Positions 38,206 through 48,347 are shown, numbered from the stretch's first letter. The stretch is DNA of 64,000 bases from Candidatus Methanoplasma porotermitis (GCA_031290095.1 JAITOF010000045.1:5538-69537); one strand, 5' to 3'. Program-made: numbers and translations. Notes: generated by a model not told the origin, from the sequence alone.

Positions 38206-39438
38206 ATGAAGATAGCAGACGAACAAGCCGTGAAAGCGGCTCAGGAAAGATACGGAGAGCTCGTCAGGCAACAGCTGAAGAGGGTGGAGGACCTCAAAAA
38301 CGAGGGAGATTGGGTCGACTACTCTCGATTGGACAGGCTCGTGATCGGCGTATGCGGAGGAGACGGCATAGGTCCTTACATCTGCGCCTCGGCGCAGAAG
38401 GTCCTGGAGTTCCTGCTGGCAGACAAGATCGAATCGGGAAAGGCGGAGATAAGGGCAATTGACGGCCTGACCATCGAAAGGCGCGCCGAGGTCTTGAAGG
38501 CGATACCCGACGACACGCTCGCCGAGCTGAAGAAGTGCCATGTGATACTCAAAGGACCTACCACCACGCCCAAGAAAGGGGACAAATGGCCCAACATAGA
38601 GAGCGCCAACGTGGCCATGAGGAAGCAACTTGACCTTTTTGCGAACGTCAGGCCGGTCTCGGTCCCTGAGCTTGGGATCGACTGGACCTTCTTCAGGGAG
38701 AACACAGAAGGGAGCTACGCCATGGGAAGCGACGGCATCGACGTGACCGCAGACCTGGCTATGGACTTCTGCGTCGCCACCGCCCAAGGGACCGAGAGGA
38801 TAGTCAGGGCAGGGTTCGACTTCGCGAAGAAAAGCGGACGGAACTACGTGTCCCTCGTGACGAAAGCGAACATAATCAAAACAACCGACGGAAAATTCTT
38901 GACCGTAGCGGAGAAGGTGGCGAAGGAGTATCCCGAGGTCAAATGGGACGATTGGTTCATCGATATAATGACCGCGAAGCTCATCGACCCTGCCAGGAGG
39001 AGCGATTTTCGCGTGTTCGTCCTTCCGAACCTTTACGGGGACATCATAACCGACGAGGCCGCCCAGATACAGGGGGGCGTGGGGACCGCCGGCAGCGCCA
39101 ACATCGGAAAGAAGTATGCGATGTTCGAAGCGATCCACGGCTCGGCGCCGAGGATGGTGGACGAGGGCAGGGCGCAGCACGCCGACCCTTGCAGCATGAT
39201 CAAGGCGGTCGCGCTCATGCTCAGCCATATCGGCGAGCCCGAGAAGGCGAGGAGGCTGGACATGGCGCTGGACGTCTGCGTCCAGTTCGAAAGGAAGCTG
39301 GTTATGACCGGAAGAGACACAGGCTCCACAGGAGACGAGTTCGCCCAGTACGTCATGGACACCGTCAAGAGGGACGACCTGGAGAAAGTTTGGCAGGAGC
39401 ACGTAGACAGAGCGAAGGCCGCCGTAGCAGGACGATGA
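38206..39438 (+). CDS. isocitrate/isopropylmalate dehydrogenase-family protein
   Basis: Motifs GDGIGPY, LKGPTTTP, NVRP, FRENTEGSY and NLYGDIITDEAAQIQGGVGTAGSAN. AGGAGG lies upstream of the start. Confidence 0.8.
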   Translation: MKIADEQAVKAAQERYGELVRQQLKRVEDLKNEGDWVDYSRLDRLVIGVCGGDGIGPYICASAQKVLEFLLADKIESGKAEIRAIDGLTIERRAEVLKAIPDDTLAELKKCHVILKGPTTTPKKGDKWPNIESANVAMRKQLDLFANVRPVSVPELGIDWTFFRENTEGSYAMGSDGIDVTADLAMDFCVATAQGTERIVRAGFDFAKKSGRNYVSLVTKANIIKTTDGKFLTVAEKVAKEYPEVKWDDWFIDIMTAKLIDPARRSDFRVFVLPNLYGDIITDEAAQIQGGVGTAGSANIGKKYAMFEAIHGSAPRMVDEGRAQHADPCSMIKAVALMLSHIGEPEKARRLDMALDVCVQFERKLVMTGRDTGSTGDEFAQYVMDTVKRDDLEKVWQEHVDRAKAAVAGR

Positions 39439-39528
39439 CCGCCGCGGCGAGACGGTTAGAACGCAAGATGCCCGCGAATTCAATTTATCTATGTGTACGT
39501 AATCTCCCTGCTATAACTAGGTGATTTG

Positions 39529-40110
39529 ATGAAGGTCGTCGCTTTCAACTGCAGCCCAAGGGAGAATGGGAACACCAGCCATATGATCGGAGGCGTCCTG
39601 AAGGCGCTGGAGTCTCACGACGTGGAAACAGAGCTTGTACAAGTGGGCGGCAGGGACGTACACGGATGCAGAGCCTGTGGCGCATGCTTCAAGAACAGAA
39701 ACATGAAATGCATCCAAGGCGACGACATTGTCAACCTTTGCGTGGAGAAGATGGTCTCTGCAGACGGCATCGTCATCGGGTCTCCGACATACTTCTCGGA
39801 TGTCACGTCCGAAGCCAAAGCGCTCATCGACAGGTGCGGATATGTCACAAGAGCAAACGGCATGGCCCTCAGAAGAAAAGCTGGAGCCGCCGTGTCGGCG
39901 GCGAGGCGTGCAGGTTCAATACACTCGATGGATTCGATTAACCATTTTTTCACAATAAACGAGATGTTCGTCGTCGGTTCGACCTATTGGAACATCAGCC
40001 TCTCTCGTGCGGAAGGGGACTACGAGAAAGACGATGAGGGCGTGAAGACGATGAAAGACCTCGGCGAGAACATGGCGTGGCTCCTCTCACGGATAGGTGG
40101 CGCCCAATGA
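39529..40110 (+). CDS. NADPH-dependent FMN reductase / iron-sulfur flavoprotein-like
   Basis: Flavodoxin-like [16 protein letters not shown]...[14 protein letters not shown] with a Cys cluster [15 protein letters not shown] lies 5 nt upstream of the ATG. Confidence 0.7.
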   Translation: MKVVAFNCSPRENGNTSHMIGGVLKALESHDVETELVQVGGRDVHGCRACGACFKNRNMKCIQGDDIVNLCVEKMVSADGIVIGSPTYFSDVTSEAKALIDRCGYVTRANGMALRRKAGAAVSAARRAGSIHSMDSINHFFTINEMFVVGSTYWNISLSRAEGDYEKDDEGVKTMKDLGENMAWLLSRIGGAQ

Positions 40111-41339
40111 AGAAAAAGAAGATCCTCATCGTAGTGATGGACGGACTGGGCGACAGAGGGTGCAAGGAGCTCGGTGGACTCACCCCCTTGCAGGCGACGC
40201 CGACGCCCAACTTCGATTGGTTCACCAAGAACGGCATCGCCGGGACGTGCGACACCGTCGCGCCGGGCGTCAGGCCGGGGAGCGACACCTCGCACCTTTC
40301 CATACTGGGGTACGACCCGCTGAAAGTGTATACCGGCCGCGGCCCGTTCGAGGCCGCCGGAATCGGGCTCGTCGGCAAGCCGGGGGACGTGGCGTTCAGA
40401 TGTAACTTCTCCACTTGCGACAGCAATCTGGTTATAACTGACCGTCGCGCAGGAAGGATAGACAAACCCGACACGGCCAACCTGGTGGAATCGCTCAAAG
40501 GCATGACCATCGACGGCGTGGACGTGCTCGTCAAAGAGGGGACGGAGCACCGTGCCGCGCTCATCCTGAGCGGAAACGGGCTGGACCCCCGGGTCACAGA
40601 CGTGGACGCCCACGAAGAAGGGCCGATACACACCTCTATTGGAAAGGTTCCCGAAGCTGAGTTTACCGCGAAAGTCCTTAACAAATTCGTCAGGGAGTCG
40701 TATGAACGGTTGAAGGACCATCCCGTCAACAAGAAAAGAGTCGCTGAAGGCAGGCCTCCCGCCAACATCCTCGTACCCAGAGGCGCAGGGGACTTTCCCC
40801 ACATATCCCGATTCCCCGAGCTGCACGGCATGTCTGCCGCGTGCGTCGCCGGCGTCGGGATGATAAAAGGCATATGCGGCGTCTGCGGGCTGGACGTCGT
40901 GGACCTTCCGGCAGAATGCACCGGAGGTGCCGGGTCAGACTTCGTTCTGAAGGCCGAGGCCGCGCTGGACGCCCTTAAGAGCTACGATTTCGTGCTGATG
41001 AACTGCAAAGCCCCCGACGTCGCAGGGCACGACCGCGACCCGCGCCTCAAATGCAAGGTCATAGAGAGGCTTGACAAAATGGCCGGGCGCCTCAGAGAGG
41101 ACTTCCCAGAGGACCTCGTCATCGTGTTCACGGCAGACCACAGCACCCCGTGCTCGCTCGGCGACCACAGCGGAGACCCCGTCCCAATAACGATCTACAC
41201 CCCCGGCAACGTCATGGACGACGCAGACACGTTCAGCGAGTCTGGTTGCGCCCACGGGCGCATAGGGCGCATAAGAGGGCATGAGATAGTACCCATATGC
41301 TTGGACTTGGCGGATCGCGCCGAGAAGTTCGGCGCCTGA
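40107..41339 (+). CDS. apgM: 2,3-bisphosphoglycerate-independent phosphoglycerate mutase, archaeal type
   Basis: Motifs [37 protein letters not shown] and TADHSTP. Its ATG overlaps the previous stop. Confidence 0.85.
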   Translation: MKKKKILIVVMDGLGDRGCKELGGLTPLQATPTPNFDWFTKNGIAGTCDTVAPGVRPGSDTSHLSILGYDPLKVYTGRGPFEAAGIGLVGKPGDVAFRCNFSTCDSNLVITDRRAGRIDKPDTANLVESLKGMTIDGVDVLVKEGTEHRAALILSGNGLDPRVTDVDAHEEGPIHTSIGKVPEAEFTAKVLNKFVRESYERLKDHPVNKKRVAEGRPPANILVPRGAGDFPHISRFPELHGMSAACVAGVGMIKGICGVCGLDVVDLPAECTGGAGSDFVLKAEAALDALKSYDFVLMNCKAPDVAGHDRDPRLKCKVIERLDKMAGRLREDFPEDLVIVFTADHSTPCSLGDHSGDPVPITIYTPGNVMDDADTFSESGCAHGRIGRIRGHEIVPICLDLADRAEKFGA

Positions 41340-41777
41340 TCAGTACAGGCGCAAGGATATATGCAGCTCGCCTCCATAGGCGACGTCCACGTCCTTTTCG
41401 CACCCGGACATGCATTCGCCTGCGCCTGTCCCGAGGATCGCCGCATATTCTTTGTACTTCATTTCGAGAAGGTACGCGCCCGGTCGCGCGGTGACGCCGT
41501 CCAATATCTCTCTGAGGTAGTCGAGGACGTTGTCGTCGCCAAGGACCAGCGATGCGGCGATGACGTCAGTCAGAGGCAGGATGAGCTCGTCTTCCTTGTC
41601 CGTGACGTCGGATATGCGCACCTTGGCGGAGAACACCGCGTTAGTCACGTCGGAGGCCTCGTTCATCACATAATCGTCTCTCGATTGGTGCACTACGGCC
41701 ACTAGCAGGCCGATTATCAGTATGAATATCATCGCATCGACCATCGCGGTCAGCCCCCGACGGTCCCTCAAATGCAT
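41340..41777 (-). CDS. archaeal type IV pilin-like protein (class III signal peptide)
   Basis: Start taken at MHLRDRRG-LTAMVDAMIFILIIGLLVAVV (41777). It overlaps the end of the upstream pilin-like gene by 10 nt. The longer ORF-track N-terminus is Arg-rich and implausible. Confidence 0.5.
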   Translation of the reverse strand: MHLRDRRGLTAMVDAMIFILIIGLLVAVVHQSRDDYVMNEASDVTNAVFSAKVRISDVTDKEDELILPLTDVIAASLVLGDDNVLDYLREILDGVTARPGAYLLEMKYKEYAAILGTGAGECMSGCEKDVDVAYGGELHISLRLY

Positions 41778-42166
41778 ATTGCCGCCTCGAACAACACTGT
41801 GATAATACGCCCGTCGTCCGCTTCCACCGCCTTCAGGAACCTCTCGCCAAAGACGCTGCCGTCCATCTTCCCGACGCTGAACTCCAGGGTGCCTGATGCT
41901 ATGCCTCCGGGTACGCGACATGCTATCATCGCCCCCCTGTAGCCATGCCTTTCCATGAATTTTGCAAGCTCTTGACCCATGTCTCCGGAGAGCTCGCCGC
42001 CTTTCACGGTTACTACGTTTGCCAAGCTGCGGTCGAATGCGGGTTCAGTCTCGGTGCCACGGTCGGCGGCAAAGAACCCCACGTATGCTGTGAGGACGAG
42101 TATTACGACCATTGCGGCCATCATCGCCTCTGGGAACCCTAGGCCCCCTTTCCTGTCGAATGTCAT
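41768..42166 (-). CDS. archaeal type IV pilin-like protein (class III signal peptide)
   Basis: The N-terminus is MTFDRKG-GLGFPEAMMAAMVVILVLTAYVGFF. This is the same DRKG-x-x-GFP motif as the gene at 3721. Confidence 0.55.
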   Translation of the reverse strand: MTFDRKGGLGFPEAMMAAMVVILVLTAYVGFFAADRGTETEPAFDRSLANVVTVKGGELSGDMGQELAKFMERHGYRGAMIACRVPGGIASGTLEFSVGKMDGSVFGERFLKAVEADDGRIITVLFEAAICI

Positions 42167-42218
42167 GAGACAGGCTCGACATTGCAGATATTATAACGGA
42201 AGTCTTACGGTTATATGG

Positions 42219-44123
42219 TTAGCTGATTCCTTTGAGGTATGCGCCATAGTTTATGCTTCCGCACATCTCGGTTATCTTGCCCTTCATTGCAATGTCATTC
42301 TCCGCGAATGCCTTTGAGACAGTGCGTGCAAGCTGAACGGGGCGTTTCCGCAAATCGATGCCTATGGAGTCCACGCCCATCCTCCTCAGCTCGCCCACAT
42401 ATGGGAGGAGGAGCAGGTCCGAAGAGTTTAGAAAATGCGACAGGCCGAAATGGTCCTTGTACACTGGGAACTGGTAGCCTTTCTCGTCTGTCATGGTGCC
42501 GCCTGTCATTTCCGGGTCCCGTGTGCACATTATTTCTGTCCGTCCGAACACCATCACCTCCATCCGGCCGCTGTAGTGCGTCGCTATGAGCTCCGTCTCT
42601 GTTTTAGAGAGCTCGGTGGATATCGTCGTCTGATACATGGAGGCGGGAAAATCGGAGTTGAACATGTTCATGTTGTTGCTCCCATATACGCGACCGTCAT
42701 GCCCATGTGCGATCTGCCCGACCGTGTTGACCATTATCGGCCCCGACAACGTCGGTACCATGGGAGCAAACCTCGGCAGATGGGCGACGCACTCCACCTT
42801 GGCGTCTTCGCAAAGGGACCTGGCCTTTTCCAAGTTGTTGTCCGCGTCATAGTATATGCGGTCGGCATATTCCAAGACGGACTCCAACACCTTAAGGGTG
42901 TTGACATAGAAGGACAGGTCGGGATTCTTGTTAGTCAAACGAGCGAAATCCATAAGAGGGTGCTTCACGACAGGCCGGTGCTTGACGCCGTTGAATTTCG
43001 GAGCAGGGCCGACGAGGTTCTTGACCTCGTCTATCCTGGGATCGTATGTGCGGTATATCTCGTATCTGCCGTCCGAAATCGCGAAGGGGACCACGATCTT
43101 ATGAAGGTCGCTGACCTTGAACCCTCCGACCTTGACGTCTCCCTTGAAGATGGAGAGCCCATCCTTCAGACTGAACGTCTCTTCGAGTTCCGAGACGTCT
43201 ACCCTTCTCCCCCTGACATCTGCTTCTCCAAGAAGGAACCCGCGGTTGTCTGCATACTTATGTTGCACAGGGGATGCCACGCCTGGAAGGTAGCCGTCGC
43301 AGAATCCGCGGTTGAACACCGTCTGGAGGAGGTTAGCCTCTTTAGAATATTCCTCGAATGGAAGCCCTTTATTGGCGTCGGAGTAGATTTTCGACGACAG
43401 GTAGGCATAGGCGGTGCTCCTCATCCTTCCTTCGATCTTGGCGGCGGCGACCCCTATCTCGTCAAGGCGTGCCAGCCAGTCTATGCCGTAGATGTCGGCG
43501 GAGCTGAGGATGAAACCCCCCTTGCCGTCTTTCGAATATCTCTTTCTGCATGGTTGGGCGCATTGGCCGCGATTTCCGCTTCTGCCGCCGATCACGCTGG
43601 AGAAGAGGCATCCCCCGGATATGCAGTAGCACAGGGCGCCTTGGACGAACACTTCGGTCTCGACGGGCGAGCCGCCGCTCACCATGGACTTGATCTCCTC
43701 GAACGTGAGCTCTCTGGCAAGGATCGCCCTGTCGATGCCGTTGTCCGCGCACCATTCGAGACCCTCGCGGGTGTGAATGCCCATCTGAGTGGACGCGTGC
43801 TTCTTTATGTCGAGCCTTCGTATCGTCTTTAAAAGTCCGAGGTCTTGGACGATGACGGCATCGACGCCGACATCCTGCAGGAACCTCACATAGGACAGGG
43901 CGTCGCTCATCTCGGCGTCCTTGATCAGCGTATTGACCGCAACATACGCCTTCACGCCGTTGTCGTGCGCGTATCCTATAGCTCCCTCTAACTCTTTGTC
44001 TGTGAAATTATCAGAGAATGCTCTGGCGCTGAATGCTTTGCCCCCCATGTAGACTGCGTCGCATCCGCCTTTTACGGAAGCCACCAGCCCTTCCGGGGAC
44101 CCGGCCGGCGAGAGTATCTCCAT
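42219..44123 (-). CDS. peptidase U32-family protein (two-domain, collagenase-like/RlhA-TrhP-type)
   Basis: The N-terminus MEILSPAGSPEGLVASVKGGCDAVYMGG, then VNTL and a Cys-rich segment GNRGQCAQPCR, are typical of U32. About 634 aa. Confidence 0.8.
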   Translation of the reverse strand: MEILSPAGSPEGLVASVKGGCDAVYMGGKAFSARAFSDNFTDKELEGAIGYAHDNGVKAYVAVNTLIKDAEMSDALSYVRFLQDVGVDAVIVQDLGLLKTIRRLDIKKHASTQMGIHTREGLEWCADNGIDRAILARELTFEEIKSMVSGGSPVETEVFVQGALCYCISGGCLFSSVIGGRSGNRGQCAQPCRKRYSKDGKGGFILSSADIYGIDWLARLDEIGVAAAKIEGRMRSTAYAYLSSKIYSDANKGLPFEEYSKEANLLQTVFNRGFCDGYLPGVASPVQHKYADNRGFLLGEADVRGRRVDVSELEETFSLKDGLSIFKGDVKVGGFKVSDLHKIVVPFAISDGRYEIYRTYDPRIDEVKNLVGPAPKFNGVKHRPVVKHPLMDFARLTNKNPDLSFYVNTLKVLESVLEYADRIYYDADNNLEKARSLCEDAKVECVAHLPRFAPMVPTLSGPIMVNTVGQIAHGHDGRVYGSNNMNMFNSDFPASMYQTTISTELSKTETELIATHYSGRMEVMVFGRTEIMCTRDPEMTGGTMTDEKGYQFPVYKDHFGLSHFLNSSDLLLLPYVGELRRMGVDSIGIDLRKRPVQLARTVSKAFAENDIAMKGKITEMCGSINYGAYLKGIS

Positions 44124-44377
44124 AATGAACAGCATATCTGATAGTTAACATCTATATCCAAGTTACGATGCCGCAGGGCCTGCAACACAACACGACGGCC
44201 CAGTCATATGTGCAAAAACAATCAGAGAACGAGGCTTGCGACTATATCCTCGCAGACTTGCCAGCACCGTTCTGGCAAACTCGCAAAACCTGTCATGCGT
44301 GCATGCATGGAGTTAACCTTTCTTCGGCTAATTGTAACCCTTTGACTTAATACTCCCTGTTCGCGGATGCATTGATC

Positions 44378-44899
44378 ATGAACATAGATTCGTTGCTTTC
44401 GGTGATTATAAAGAAGGCAGAGGCCCAGGGAAAGTCTGAACTGATCGATGATGCGCTCTGCATCGACTGCAGGGGGTGCGTGCGTGCTCCGGAGATAAGG
44501 TCGAACGAGTGCGTAAGGTGCATCGTCCGCCACATGGCGGACAACGGGTCCGCAAGCAAGGTGAGGATGAGGACTGCGCTTGACACAGAGCTTTCAGGCC
44601 CCGCTGTGGACATATTGGGCGAGCTTGCGTCGATATACAGGTCTGCCTCTTCCATGAAGAGGTCAGAGGATTCCCGCTCGTGCAGAACGTGCGACCACTC
44701 CTGCAAAATGGTGTTCAGCGCGGCATGGGCAGGCTTCCCCGACCCGTACTTCGACGCCGCAAGGAGCAGCCTCGCAAGAATCAAGACGACTTCCAGCGAG
44801 TGCACGGTGTGCGTCAAAAAGACGCTCAGGGCGATCGACCAGGCAGAGCTGTGCCTCGGCAAGGTCAAGGATGCCGCTTCCTGCGCGGGGGGCGACTGA
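44378..44899 (+). CDS. Cys-rich hypothetical protein, first gene of the pilus ATPase operon
   Basis: Carries CIDCRGC...ECVRC...CRTCDHSC...ECTVC motifs. Its stop TGA abuts the ATG of the ATPase (TGAATG). The overlapping minus-strand ORF 44347..44958 looks like antisense. Confidence 0.45.
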   Translation: MNIDSLLSVIIKKAEAQGKSELIDDALCIDCRGCVRAPEIRSNECVRCIVRHMADNGSASKVRMRTALDTELSGPAVDILGELASIYRSASSMKRSEDSRSCRTCDHSCKMVFSAAWAGFPDPYFDAARSSLARIKTTSSECTVCVKKTLRAIDQAELCLGKVKDAASCAGGD

Positions 44900-46792
44900 A
44901 TGGCACGCATACTCGCGGCGATATCTGACATGCTGTCGAAGAGGCAGGTCACGCCCATAAGCTACAACGACCGTCTGATAGTGAGCGACTACAGCGACGC
45001 GGACGCAAGCCCGTCTTCACGCACATGCTCCACTGATACGTTTTTCTCGCAACCGTCGGAGTTTCGCGAGTTCGACGCGCCGATCTCCATCCCGTCGAGC
45101 GTCTCTCCGCTAAGCATGCCTACGACGACCTCGGATCGCGTCCCTGTCCCGCGCGGCTCCTTCATGGACGACCTTTCGAAGATGGCGTTCGGACACCTGC
45201 GCAGCAAGCCCGTATATGCCGACTGTTGGCTCGTCGGGAACAGGGACGACCTGGAAAAGATCGAAGAGTACAGGACGCCAAGCGGGGGCGTGATGATAGG
45301 CCTTTCCACGGACGGGGAGACGGAGTACAACCTCGTTCCCAACGAATACTCCTACCCGGACGAGGTGAACCGGGTCGTCGAGACTACGATCAACGGCATC
45401 CGCGAGAAATACAGGAACGAAGGAGGGCGCCTAGACAGAGGTGGCGTGCTCAGCGCCGCGAGAGGCATTCTCATGGACTCCTCCGACACCTTGGAGAGAG
45501 CGTACGGGAACGACGGCGACCTCTTCGAGTCGATGGCAGAAGAAATCTGCGACACAGTATACAGGTACACCATGGGCCTAGGAGTGTTCGACATCCTATT
45601 GGCCGATCCTAAGCTTGAGGACATCTACATAGACGCGCCGTGCGAGAAGAACCGCATACACGTGACGATGGGCGGCATAACAGGGGTCAACTCTCATATC
45701 AGATGCCGTACGAACCTTACAGTCGACAAGAAGGAGGTCATGAACCTCATAAACGTCCTCAAAAGGGAAAGCGGCCTGCAGTTCTGCGAGTCGAACCCTG
45801 TTCTCGAAACGGACATGAGCACTCATGACGCAAGGGCCACCGTGGTCGGGTATCCTATGAGCCCGAACGGAGACGCCGTCGCCATAAGGAAGCATTCTGT
45901 CCGCCCTTGGACGCTGTCGCGCCTCATCGCCAACGGCACTGTGGACCCGAAGATCGCAGGACTGCTCTCATTCCTGGTGGACAACCGCGCCACGTTCCTG
46001 ATCTGCGGCCCGCGCGGGGCCGGAAAGAGCTCCCTCCTCTCGGCGATGATGTTCGAGTTCCCTGTATCGCAGAGGATACTGACCATCGAGGACACGATAG
46101 AGCTTCCGGGGTCGAAGATGAGGAGGATGGGGTACAAGGTGCAGTCGATGCTCATAGACGACAGGATGACGGGCGACAGCCTGTCCCGCGCTGACGAGGC
46201 GCTGAGGGTGTCTCTGAGAATGGGCGAGTCGGCGATCGTCCTCGGGGAAGTCAGGGGCGAGGAGGCGAGAACGCTGTATCAAAGCATGAGGACGGGGCGT
46301 GCTGGAAGCTCGATCCTCGGCACGATACACGGGGATTCTGCCCGGTCTGTGTTTGAAAGAGTGGTCCATGACATGAACATAGCGCCAGAGGCGTTCATGG
46401 CGACCGACGTCCTCATGACGCTCGGGACCGTTCGCGACAGACGGTCGGGGAACCAGATAAGGAGGATGAACGAGATCGTCTCCACAGGCGACAATCCAGG
46501 GGAGTTCCTGAACCTGACCGACAGCGGCACTCTGTTCTCTTCGCCTGTGATGCGCAGGATAATGTCCACTTCTCAGATGACGAAGCCGGAGATAATGAAG
46601 GAGATACGCGCAAGGGCGCTGATAAGGGCGTATCTGGCGGATGCAGGTAAAAAGTGCGGGGAGAAGTATCACGGCCCGGAATGGATAATGTCCGCTAACG
46701 AGCATGTGTCGAAACAACACGGGGGAACGGCCGAAGACGTCCTCCAGTCGTTCAGGGACAAGTTCAGAAAATCCACGGGGGCGGACCTGTGA
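44900..46792 (+). CDS. archaeal type II/IV secretion-family ATPase (FlaI/PilB-like)
   Basis: Walker A ICGPRGAGKSSLL, Asp box/Walker B region RILTIEDTIEL and IVLGEVRGEEA, and His box GTIHG. A long, poorly conserved N-terminal extension precedes the core. Confidence 0.85.
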   Translation: MARILAAISDMLSKRQVTPISYNDRLIVSDYSDADASPSSRTCSTDTFFSQPSEFREFDAPISIPSSVSPLSMPTTTSDRVPVPRGSFMDDLSKMAFGHLRSKPVYADCWLVGNRDDLEKIEEYRTPSGGVMIGLSTDGETEYNLVPNEYSYPDEVNRVVETTINGIREKYRNEGGRLDRGGVLSAARGILMDSSDTLERAYGNDGDLFESMAEEICDTVYRYTMGLGVFDILLADPKLEDIYIDAPCEKNRIHVTMGGITGVNSHIRCRTNLTVDKKEVMNLINVLKRESGLQFCESNPVLETDMSTHDARATVVGYPMSPNGDAVAIRKHSVRPWTLSRLIANGTVDPKIAGLLSFLVDNRATFLICGPRGAGKSSLLSAMMFEFPVSQRILTIEDTIELPGSKMRRMGYKVQSMLIDDRMTGDSLSRADEALRVSLRMGESAIVLGEVRGEEARTLYQSMRTGRAGSSILGTIHGDSARSVFERVVHDMNIAPEAFMATDVLMTLGTVRDRRSGNQIRRMNEIVSTGDNPGEFLNLTDSGTLFSSPVMRRIMSTSQMTKPEIMKEIRARALIRAYLADAGKKCGEKYHGPEWIMSANEHVSKQHGGTAEDVLQSFRDKFRKSTGADL

Positions 46793-48183
46793 AGACGCAT
46801 AAGATCAACCGGACGGCCTTCATGAACGAGGCCCCGACCGTGGTCGGCATGATGTCGGTCGTGATCGAAGGAGGAGGCTCCCTGGACACGGCTGTCAGAG
46901 ACGTGGCGCTGAACGGGCCAGCACAGTCTTCGGCGATCTTCAGGGAGATGGTGTCTAAAGTGGACACGAGGGCGGCCCTCGACATAAAGACGGAGCTTAC
47001 CGACCGCTTGTCTGCGCTGCCCTCGGGGCTGGCGCCGTTCCGCAGGTCGATGCATATGATCGCGGCCGCGTCTGAATCCGTTGACTGCGCTGAGAAGAAG
47101 AGGATGCTCGGGGACGCGTCCGACATGTCCGTCAACGGCCTGAAAGAGGCGGGAGAGGCGTACAGCTCGTCCCTCAATACCCCGTGCATGGTGATATTCG
47201 GCCTTGGAATAATGATACCGATGGTTATGATGTCTATACTCCCGATGATGAACATCGGAGGGATGTTCGGATCGTCGGCCATCGGCGCAGGCCCCATCAC
47301 CCTGATCACCCTCGTCGTCGTTCCGTGCGTCATGTTGGGTGTGATACTCTCGATACGTAACAGAAATCCGTTCTCCTATCCCTCCGACATACAAGGACGC
47401 GGATACCTGGTCATGATCGCGGCAGCCCCCGTAGCGGCAGCCATATGGTGTTTTACCGGTGACGCCCCCCTTTCCGTCTCGGCATCCGCAGGCGTGGCTG
47501 GCCTGGCCGCGTTCGTAGCGATGTTTCCAAGCGCCAACGCAGAGAGAAGGAGGAGGATGCAGGAACACCTTTTGAACGATGCGGTCTTCGAGACGGGGAA
47601 CAGGCTTGTGGCGGGAGAAAGCTTCGAGGCCGCTGTGACGGCGGCCGTCGGCATGAGGAAAGAGTGCTTAAGCCTGGCCGACTCCGTCACGAGGGAGATG
47701 TCTCTTTGCAGGGGGGACGTCTGTTCCGCTCTCGCGGCATCCATAGGGAAAGCATCGCCGCGCGTCGCGGAGGTGTTCTGTGACATCTACCGCAGCTCAT
47801 TGAGGAACGTGAGGGACGCAGGTCGCTTGGCCATCTCCGTGGGAAGACAGCTCCAAGATCAGGAGTCGGCAAGGAAAGGGATACAGAACAAGCTGAAAAG
47901 CATGACAGACATGATGACAGGGACGTCGGCCGTCTTTGCTCCCCTGGTGCTTGGCATGAGCGTCTCCATGCTCGCTCCAATCTCCAAGATAATGGAAGGG
48001 GCGGACGCAGTGGGGACCTCGTCCATACTCGCAGCATATCTTGTAGAGCTGTGCGTTCTGATGGCTGTTCTGACATCGAGCCTGGGAGGATGCCCGGGGA
48101 TAAGAGAGACAGCGTACAGGGCGTCCATGATGCTCCCGGCATCGTCTGTCGTGTTCTTCCTATGCTCGAACATCAGCCTTTGA
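46789..48183 (+). CDS. FlaJ/TadC-like polytopic platform protein (two T2SSF-like halves)
   Basis: Its GTG start overlaps the ATPase stop (GTGA). It has two cytoplasmic helical domains, each followed by TM clusters, the usual FlaJ/PilC architecture. Confidence 0.7.
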   Translation: MKTHKINRTAFMNEAPTVVGMMSVVIEGGGSLDTAVRDVALNGPAQSSAIFREMVSKVDTRAALDIKTELTDRLSALPSGLAPFRRSMHMIAAASESVDCAEKKRMLGDASDMSVNGLKEAGEAYSSSLNTPCMVIFGLGIMIPMVMMSILPMMNIGGMFGSSAIGAGPITLITLVVVPCVMLGVILSIRNRNPFSYPSDIQGRGYLVMIAAAPVAAAIWCFTGDAPLSVSASAGVAGLAAFVAMFPSANAERRRRMQEHLLNDAVFETGNRLVAGESFEAAVTAAVGMRKECLSLADSVTREMSLCRGDVCSALAASIGKASPRVAEVFCDIYRSSLRNVRDAGRLAISVGRQLQDQESARKGIQNKLKSMTDMMTGTSAVFAPLVLGMSVSMLAPISKIMEGADAVGTSSILAAYLVELCVLMAVLTSSLGGCPGIRETAYRASMMLPASSVVFFLCSNISL

Positions 48184-48197
48184 GGGGGGGGGGGGGG
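48184..48197 (+). repeat. G14 homopolymer tract between the platform gene stop and the nrdJ leader
   Basis: Read directly: TGA followed by 14 consecutive G. Confidence 0.9.
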
Positions 48198-48239
48198 ACA
48201 ACGTCGCATGAAGGGGATTGCGGCCGAAAACACCTTAGA

Positions 48240-48247
48240 TTTTTAAA
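48240..48247 (+). promoter_or_regulatory. TATA-box-like element upstream of nrdJ
   Basis: TTTTTAAA lies about 100 nt upstream of the ATG at 48348, or about 60 nt upstream of the alternative ATG at 48309. Sequence pattern only. Confidence 0.25.
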
Positions 48248-48347
48248 CTTGGTTCTGTTTCCGGCGAGGTTGTCTGGACAGCCTGCATCCAACTCTCGTG
48301 AGCTTAATATGCTATCAGGCAATGCGTCTAACCGAAGGGACGAACAC

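Noticed and set aside
38080-39483. The N-terminal 468 codons of the 1307-aa minus-strand ORF 35560..39483, which would make a giant MMPL fusion protein
   Set aside because: This part is exactly antisense to the well-supported IDH-family gene (38206-39438). It has an Arg/His/Pro/Gly-rich composition typical of antisense frames in GC-rich DNA and has no TM segments. The MMPL homology begins at MILEGLAEF (38079).
42435-43832. 465-aa plus-strand ORF
   Set aside because: It is antisense to the U32-family gene and has no motifs. It is a shadow ORF.
48198-48347. Possible cobalamin riboswitch or other leader element upstream of the B12-dependent RNR
   Set aside because: No B12-box-like sequence was recognised by eye, and such riboswitches are not established in archaea. 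Only the G14 tract and the TATA-like element are reported.
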